Assembly: GCA_047495785.1 (NCBI GenBank)
Contig: JBLDXI010000033.1
Coordinates: 1,860,001 to 1,924,000 of the forward strand
DNA length: 64,000 nucleotides
From: Lepidodermella squamata
Lineage: Eukaryota; Animalia; Gastrotricha
Direction of reading: 5' to 3'
The translations under genes and the position numbers were made by a program. This document shows positions 56,601-64,000 of the stretch, one piece after another. Every line of letters starts with the position of its first letter. Position 1 is the stretch's first letter. Under the pieces are notes generated by a model. The model was not told where the DNA came from, did no database searches, and was given only the letters and a program-made list of their open reading frames with translations.

Positions 56601-59600
56601 CCAGTGCTAGGACGAGTCTTATTACACGCAGATTACTGGTGTTATCAGGGTAAATACACAACTCAATTCTTGAGCATATAATGATGGAAGAAATCGATAA
56701 CAACGCGTTTTTAAATGAACAACACCCGCTGATGTAGAGCGATTAGGGAATACATACCTGCATATTTACGAAGGCGCTCGTATTGCGGCCCTTTTCGATA
56801 ACGAACCAGCCCTAGCTTGACAGAGCGGCCGGTTTTCCGCAGAATCTCTACGGCTTGTTGATTGGTCAGTCCGTCGAGACGTTGGCCGTCGACCTAAATT
56901 GTGAGATAAACAACGCAATTATTAGACCCAGGAGAGTTGTGATATATATAACATTATACCTCGACGATGCGGTCGTTGACTAAAATGCGGCCATCGACTG
57001 CGGCGGCACTGCCTTCTGCTAAGGATTTAACGAAGATGCCGCTAAGCTCGTCGCCGCCTTTCTCTGAAACATAACCGGCGACTGTAATGCCCAGGCCTAA
57101 CGAGCCTTTCGTGAGGTCCACTTCGAAATACTCGGTATCTGGGGACGCCGGCCGGGCTATCACCTCCGGCTCGGCTGGAATGTGACCGTTCGAGGGCGGC
57201 GTCTGTTGCTGTTGCTGTTGTTGTTGTTGCTGTTGAGGCGCCGGTTCGGGCTGTTGCTGCTGGTTTTGATGCGAGTGTTGCGGGGCATTCGACGCGGCTA
57301 ACGCTGACGATAAAACCGCAGTGGAAGAAGCGCCCGCGCCGCTGCCGCCCGTTAAAAACAAATAAATCTGATGTAAAAAGTCGTCGAGGTTGGCGGTAGG
57401 CAGCAGTTGCGCACGTCCGGACGTGTGCGGCGCCGCAACAACGGCGTCCTTGTAGTCGTGTATCGCCCGCGCGACCACGATTCGCACCGCCGAGCCGCAT
57501 TGACGTAAAACATGAGCAACTTGATCACTTCCGAGGCCACGAATCAGCACGGAGTTGATTTGTATCAGATGATCACCAACTTGCAACCGACCATCCTAAA
57601 AAAGATATGCGAAGTTACAAGATATTTTAAGGTGGATATATTGGCAACTTACGACATCCGCAGCACCTCCAGAAACAATGGTCTTGACAATGACACCGGT
57701 GGAGCGACCGCCTGCAATACCGAATCCTAAACCAGAGCCGTCATTGTACAGGTCGATTATTTCCACTTGGCTCCACTCGGTCGTAAGCTGCGTTGAAAAA
57801 GATTTAAATGAATTACAACTGCTACTGCTGTTGTTTTTGTTGTTATTGCTGTGTGAAGCAGGCGAGGCCATGGGCGACTGAGAGGGGCCCCGTTTCAGAA
57901 CAGCAGCACCGCTGCCGCCTCCACCACCACTACCACCGCAATCATGAGTGCCCTGGTAACCAGGTGCACTAAACATTTACGTGCCGATAATAATCATGTT
58001 ACATCCGAGCGGTCAAATTTCTTTTTGGCATTTATTCACGCCTATACGTAGCGAGAGAAGCGGCGGAAATAAAACAGAACATGGACGTGATAGTTGATAA
58101 GATGTTTGGGAAACAGCTATTAAACGCCGATATAGAGAGAATAATGGGAATTTATTACTGCAGAGCGGCAGACACACACCAGCCCACCTTAAATGCACCA
58201 TTTCAACAAGAAAGAATTGATGATAACATCAAACGCTGGGTATCGCTCTCGCGCGATGAGTATATGAACGGGAGATTATCATGTTATTGGTAAATATAAA
58301 CTCAGAATAAGCAGCAGGCTGTTTGACGCCTTCAGTTTGCGCAGATGTATGCGTGCTGTAGCGTGCCTGGGCGCAAAAATCGTGCTATTTCAATACAAAC
58401 AATAGTTGAAAAAAACTGCGCGAAATGCATATTTCGAGCGAAAAATTGCACGTTATAATGATGATGACGAGCGAAAGGGCATCGACTACTATAGGAGAAT
58501 ATAGACTGTAGTATTAGGCCCGCTTCTGTACATGCAACAATGCGTGAAGTTTTACTTCTAGATGCAGCGGCAATTACGATACGGACCCGTGTGTTGAAGT
58601 TCGCATTAAAAAACGAGCGATCGAAGGAAACCATCTGCGAAATATGATAATAATTCGGCAAGAAAACCGAACAATGATATTACAGCGCAGCGCAGCCGGT
58701 CGGTCGCACGCTGTATGCCCCCAGGGGAGAGTAAAACAGTCGCATATAGAGCCCATCTCGAAAACACGTGGAGCAGTAGAGCTAGGATCTTGTCGCATAC
58801 AGCCGGCCGTCGATAATTCGACTGCACTAGTAAGTGAGCGACGCGTATATCGCTCCTAACCATTGATGATCGGGACGATAAAAACATTTAATGATCGTAG
58901 CCAGGGCAATGTAGTTGGAATCACGCAAAAAATGACCACTAAGTAGCTAGACAAGTTGAAAATAAAACAACGCGCGTGGCAAAAATAACTACAGCAATAT
59001 AAATAGGCCGTTAACAATATTTTTCTCACAACAGCAATCACGGCGCGGCGGCACATAGGGGAAAAAGTCACACGTCGTCGGAAACCAAATATAGTTGAGC
59101 TACTTGTACATTTTTGAGAACAAAAGAAGCGATCGTATGCAAGAACTAATTTTCCTGCAAGGAAAAATCAATCGCAAGGCAACGCAGTGAAAAATGAAGG
59201 CCTTCAAAATACACCGCGCGCGACAGGTAGTAGTTTCCTATTCACGTTTCAGTCGAGGTGAAAGCGAATTACAAACGAGTTAGCACTGGTTAGTGGGAGT
59301 CACACGTCCTTCTGGATTTCAACGATCGATGGGAAGCCCAGTAAAATTATAATTCCGACCAGTAAGCAAGAAGTAAGCCGTAATTCGACGAATACAAATA
59401 GGTTTTTTTCATTGCCGCTATGTTTAATTTAAAAAGTGGTGGCGGTGACGGCAGCTACCTGGTGCTGCTGCTGCTGCTGCTGAAATGAGCGATGTTTTAA
59501 TCGAAAGTCCGGCATAGAACTTACCATGTACGGATCGATATCAGCATGTGCGTGGATTTCAGTTGTTTCGTCGATGTGCTGCTGCTGCTGCTGCTGCGAT

Positions 59601-62600
59601 GATGGCTCTGGCCGTGCTACTACCAGTTCAATCCAACCGGTGGCTGCCTGTAAGAGTGAGACGGCTTCGCGGTGACTAACTATCGCTGCGTCGAGCGCCC
59701 GTCCATTCACGGCACATAACCGATCGTCAGCATGCAGGCGACCGTCCCTTCAACGGCAAAAAAACATTCGTAGCCAGAGGCTCATTTAAAATTTCAGCTT
59801 AGACGTCGCTAATCAATGCAATGATTATGACAACGATAATGATAAAAATTCGGCATAATTTAAAACATGGCACGAGTGCATATGTATTCTTTTCCGTAGC
59901 CGCCTACAACAACATACCAATAACGTGCTGGTGAATGCTTTTACCAGCAATAACTGCCCTTGGCGCAATTTCGAACAAGCGAGCCGGCGTAAAAAATTGA
60001 CCGCATCGAAATGCACTGTCCCATGGGTCAAGGCTTCCGCCAAAAAGATCGTAAAATCGGCACAAGATGCGGAATGAAATAATAATGGTAATAATAATGA
60101 TGATGAACAACAATAGTAAAATAACAAAGGCGGAAACTATGGATAGAATTCACAAGTCGTCGAAATATAACTTGATATATAACATTGGTAATCATGATAA
60201 TAATAAAAGACGGCAAAGGCTCTACTGCGCTTTTCGCTTCGTGACCAAGCAACTGATTCGCAGACTAGCGGAAAAGGATGAGCGTGTATTTGGTTTTGAA
60301 ATGAAGATTACACATTGGTGAAAGCACAGGACGAGACGTCTGTCGCGCTACGCTAGACAAAGTCGCAGCGTGATCATAGAATAATCACGGGATGAAATCG
60401 ATAGGCCAGAAATATCATTATCATTTTTTATCACACGAAAAAAATTACACTGTACTAGCTTGCTTTTAGAGATCACGTAGCTCAGTAGCATTAATAAAAA
60501 GAACTGCTGCTACTGCTTAATCAAACATGCGAATAATGTCCCTAGAAAAGTTGTTCTCAGTTACTAAAGAGAGCGGAAATAGCTCAAGAAAAATGTGAAT
60601 GATTTCGCGAGCGTTTTAATAGATTGAAATAATGTGGGCGATTACTATCCGTATGCATCTACGGTGAATGCATCTACAGTGTAAATGAAACAAGTTTTCA
60701 ATCATCGCAAGTAACTCTGGGGATTTAGCCAAGTATTTAGACATCCCTTGCCTCAGCGATGCGGGACAAATAACAGCAGACTACATATAGGTCGATAATA
60801 AATAAATAATAATCATATTATATCCTATAATGCAGAATTTAGCGAGTGTAGTGGCGATGATGAGCAACAATCAAGAAGTGGCACCGAAGTACTGCGTTTT
60901 GTCAAAACTGTATATACATTTGTAGATTTGTATCGATAATGTGTGTTGATGCAATAACGTGGGTAAAACAATATAAATCGCCGATGAATGAAGCTTAGAC
61001 GCGATACAGCGACGATCGTGGCCCATTAATGAATGGGCACTAATAGTTGTCGTAACGATAGACATGTATATATAAACTATGTTAGCTTTAGCGTAACTGA
61101 ACTGGCTCTGGTCCGCTGCTGCAGAAGAATTCGCCTAGGAATCACGGAGTAGCAATGTTAATTTTTACGATTCGATTTTGCTGCAGCGAATTATGGCCGG
61201 GAATGCAGTACACACATAGCGCGAGGATGATGATGACAAAGTCAGCGCTACAAGCAATATACGTTGGCTTGCGACGCCAGCAATGTCCATCCGGGCTACA
61301 GCGATCGGTCAAAGCGACAAATTGAAAACGCTTATTGCTCTTGTGTGAAAGAACGCATACGTTGCGTATTGCCATTAAAATCACGCCGAACATACAATAA
61401 AGTACGGCAACACTAGCTGAACAAATATTACTGAAGACCGTGTGCCTGCTTTTCATTGATGTCGCAGTTGTCGCGGTAGCGAAATATAAAAATTTATATG
61501 TATAATATAGATTTCTACAGTAGCGGTTGCCGATGCTTCATAAATCGAACACGCTCACATTTTAACAATCGCCATGCAGCAATCTGGCGTCTTCTCATTC
61601 CGCTCAACAAAAATGTATATCGCGAGCATCTACACACACAGTCGTCATCTTGTTATTGTATTTAAGAAGACGAGAAGCGAAAAACCTCCTCTTCGGCCAT
61701 CCTCCTCAATTTATATTAGTAAGACAAATAGGCGGGATACGCGGCAAAATGTGGATCGCCCGACTATTTTACGCGCTCAAAACAAGGAGAGGCGTCTTAC
61801 AACATTAATATTGATATTAATAGTAATAATAAATATAAGATAGCAGTTATTATATGGTATGCTCGCGCGCGACAAGAATACACATTGACTACCGGGGGAA
61901 AGAAGCATATCAATGATATCGCCGACCACGAGACAGTGATGACGAATAGGATATCGAAACAATTGTGGCGATCGGCTCGCCGTCCCGATAAAACACATGC
62001 ATAAACACATGGCAGGAACAATGCAATAATAAAATAATAAATGTTGTTCTAGAGATACGGCCGCATGCAGAAAAAAGATGATGCCTCATCACTACTTGGC
62101 ATGAGATAGCAATATTTTGCACACGAGGCGAACCGGCCGTCCGGCTGGCGACGTATCGAAATGAGCGCGCTCGCGCTAAGGAAAACGAACTTGTGTTTTA
62201 TTAATATATTAAAGCCATGGACACATCATTTTTGCGACAGCCGATTGCGCGCTATGCGATTTCGCCGATCAATCTGAGACGCCCGTTAGATAATAAGGTC
62301 GCTGTGATGATCGCATGCTGATTTTTGGTGCGATGGGCTACAACTTCTACTACTACGACACAACTATTACGTGCATCCTGCGTGCGCCCACCGGGCGGTC
62401 TGCTGTAGAGTAGAAGGCGAGCGGGACTAGCCACTACTACCATCGAAAAAATTATCGACCGGCAGCGCAAAAAATCTATAATTCGCGGAAAAATGACCAT
62501 GCACGTATGGTTGGCGCAGTCATACGGAAATGATGTCGGTATAAAATAATTCGACAACTAACAATCATAGCAAGCAAAAGGGACCCTCTGCAGGGAACCG

Positions 62601-63829
62601 CCACATGCAAGCACATGTCAAATAAAATAAACATAAAATAATGTATTACTTAGTATTAATGGTCATCGCCATCATGAATGTGTATTAATAAATGCACCTA
62701 CACAGAAATCGCGTCAGCCGGGCGATGATATTGTTATTTCAGAAGAGAGTAGGGCGACGGTAAACATATCAGTCGCATCGTTCTCGCTGTCTGCCGTAAT
62801 TATTTCGATTTTTATTTTTAAGATTCAATATTAACGCACACTTTACGCCCTTTCGGCTAAAATGTTGAGCAAATAAGCGCAATACATATGCACGACGTGC
62901 CATGTTTTTTTCAAACCGCCGTAAATATCGAAAATTCGATCCTGTGACAAAGTGTATAGGGAACTTACCGGTCTGCAATGCTTCCGGGCTGAACGGCCTG
63001 AATCCAAATACCGGAGTGCCGGCTCACAACACTAAATCCTAGGCTTATGCCTTCTTCTTTTCGCAACCGCACAGTCTAAAAATAGAAAACAGTCATTAAA
63101 CTCAGACAAATCTTCACTGTCTAAGCCTTACACGATGTATAAAATCTCTTAGCTGGAATAACTTCGTCGATAAAATATTTCTACTTGGCAATACAAAGAC
63201 GGCCCACCCGCGGAGGACATTAAGATGTTAAACTAGAGCGAAGCCATGTCAAATGAAGACGGTCCTTGACTATAATTTGACATATAACAACCTATAAGCT
63301 GAGAGCGCAAGAGCTAGCCGCACGCATCATCTGCTAACCTACATGTAGTGCTTGCTTACAGATCATGTGAAGTGCACAGTAAATCGTAAATAATACACAG
63401 CGACTATCTTAGGAGAAATAGGGTACGCATATACAGGTCATTAGTTCCATGAATTTGACTATCGCCGATAAACTTTTTTAGCCTACTTATTTTTTCCCAC
63501 TGTAAAAAATTGCGTGATTCTTACCTCAAAATCGCAGCCTGGGAATAATCTCTCGAGGGTGACTCGCAGTTCGGAGCTGATACCCGGTTCCGAGTCATCC
63601 GGTTTCCTGGAAGATGGCGATGCTACGCGACTTTTCATGAGTTTCACGTGATCAGGTGACTCGTCGCGAGCGCCAGTCGAATGCGGCTCTTCAGAACCCG
63701 CGACAGCTGCCGCTACTGCCGCGCTCACAGTCTTCAACTTCAGTTCGCCGGATGAGGTTGAAATCTCAAAATCTGCTGCTGTAAGAGGAGTTTCGGAATG
63801 CTGTAGGTTCTGCAGCATTTCCAGAGAGT
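47653..63829 (-). CDS. Multi-PDZ scaffold, MPDZ/PATJ-like, 5'-partial, ~14 exons and ~12 PDZ domains visible
   Basis: Repeated GLGF/GLGI/GLGL PDZ motifs with DGRL..GD; exons near 63829-63525, 63075-62969, 59747-59525, 57966-57654, 57595-56960, 56893-56758, 55488-55369, 55315-54310, 54088-53954, 52657-51994, 51165-49974, 49676-48436, 48264-48090, 47923-47653 (approximate); terminal [27 protein letters not shown] is diagnostic. Confidence 0.93.
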
Positions 63830-64000
63830 CTACACACACAGGGTACAAAAAAAACATAAATTAAATTACAAGGTCGCCGGCATAAGTAACGTGAAGAAAA
63901 AATTAATCATATCTCAAGATTCTTCAAGCGTAATCGATATCGTGCCGTGTGATCGAAAAAACTCACTTTGTATATTAACGAGCTGCTTGAATAGAGGGCT

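Noticed and set aside
58013-62978. Many short ORFs in MPDZ introns
   Set aside because: Low-complexity, non-ATG or motif-less; only the PDZ exons are supported
1-64000. tRNA, rRNA, snRNA, SL RNA genes or CRISPR arrays
   Set aside because: None recognisable by eye; a short SL RNA or snoRNA cannot be excluded without covariance-model searches

Overview
Gene-dense window from a compact-genome invertebrate animal. It has spliceosomal GT-AG introns, many only 47-63 nt, and typical animal genes. The left third holds two runs of co-oriented housekeeping genes packed 107-241 nt apart: SLC49/MFS - PIGK - cystinosin, and ATG13 - NCBP2 - orphan - HLCS - ORC2 - eIF3i. MED26 lies on the minus strand between them. 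Nearly every downstream gene has a pyrimidine-rich TAG acceptor shortly before its ATG with no strong donor evident upstream. A minus-strand pair (GCAT-like pseudoenzyme then beta4-GalNAc-transferase) is only 58 nt apart. This pattern suggests polycistronic operons resolved by SL trans-splicing (inference). Also present: a diaphanous formin whose FH1 polyproline tracts lie on symmetric microexons, three neurensin-like genes with the same exon phasing, a secreted MAM-PAN-RGD-PAN protein, and most of a large MPDZ/PATJ-like gene. Mobile elements include nested TA-target MITEs, an RTE LINE inserted into a gypsy gag remnant, a CR1/L2-group LINE, and EnSpm and copia fragments. Gene models were spliced by eye and no database search was run. 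The species cannot be determined from this window.
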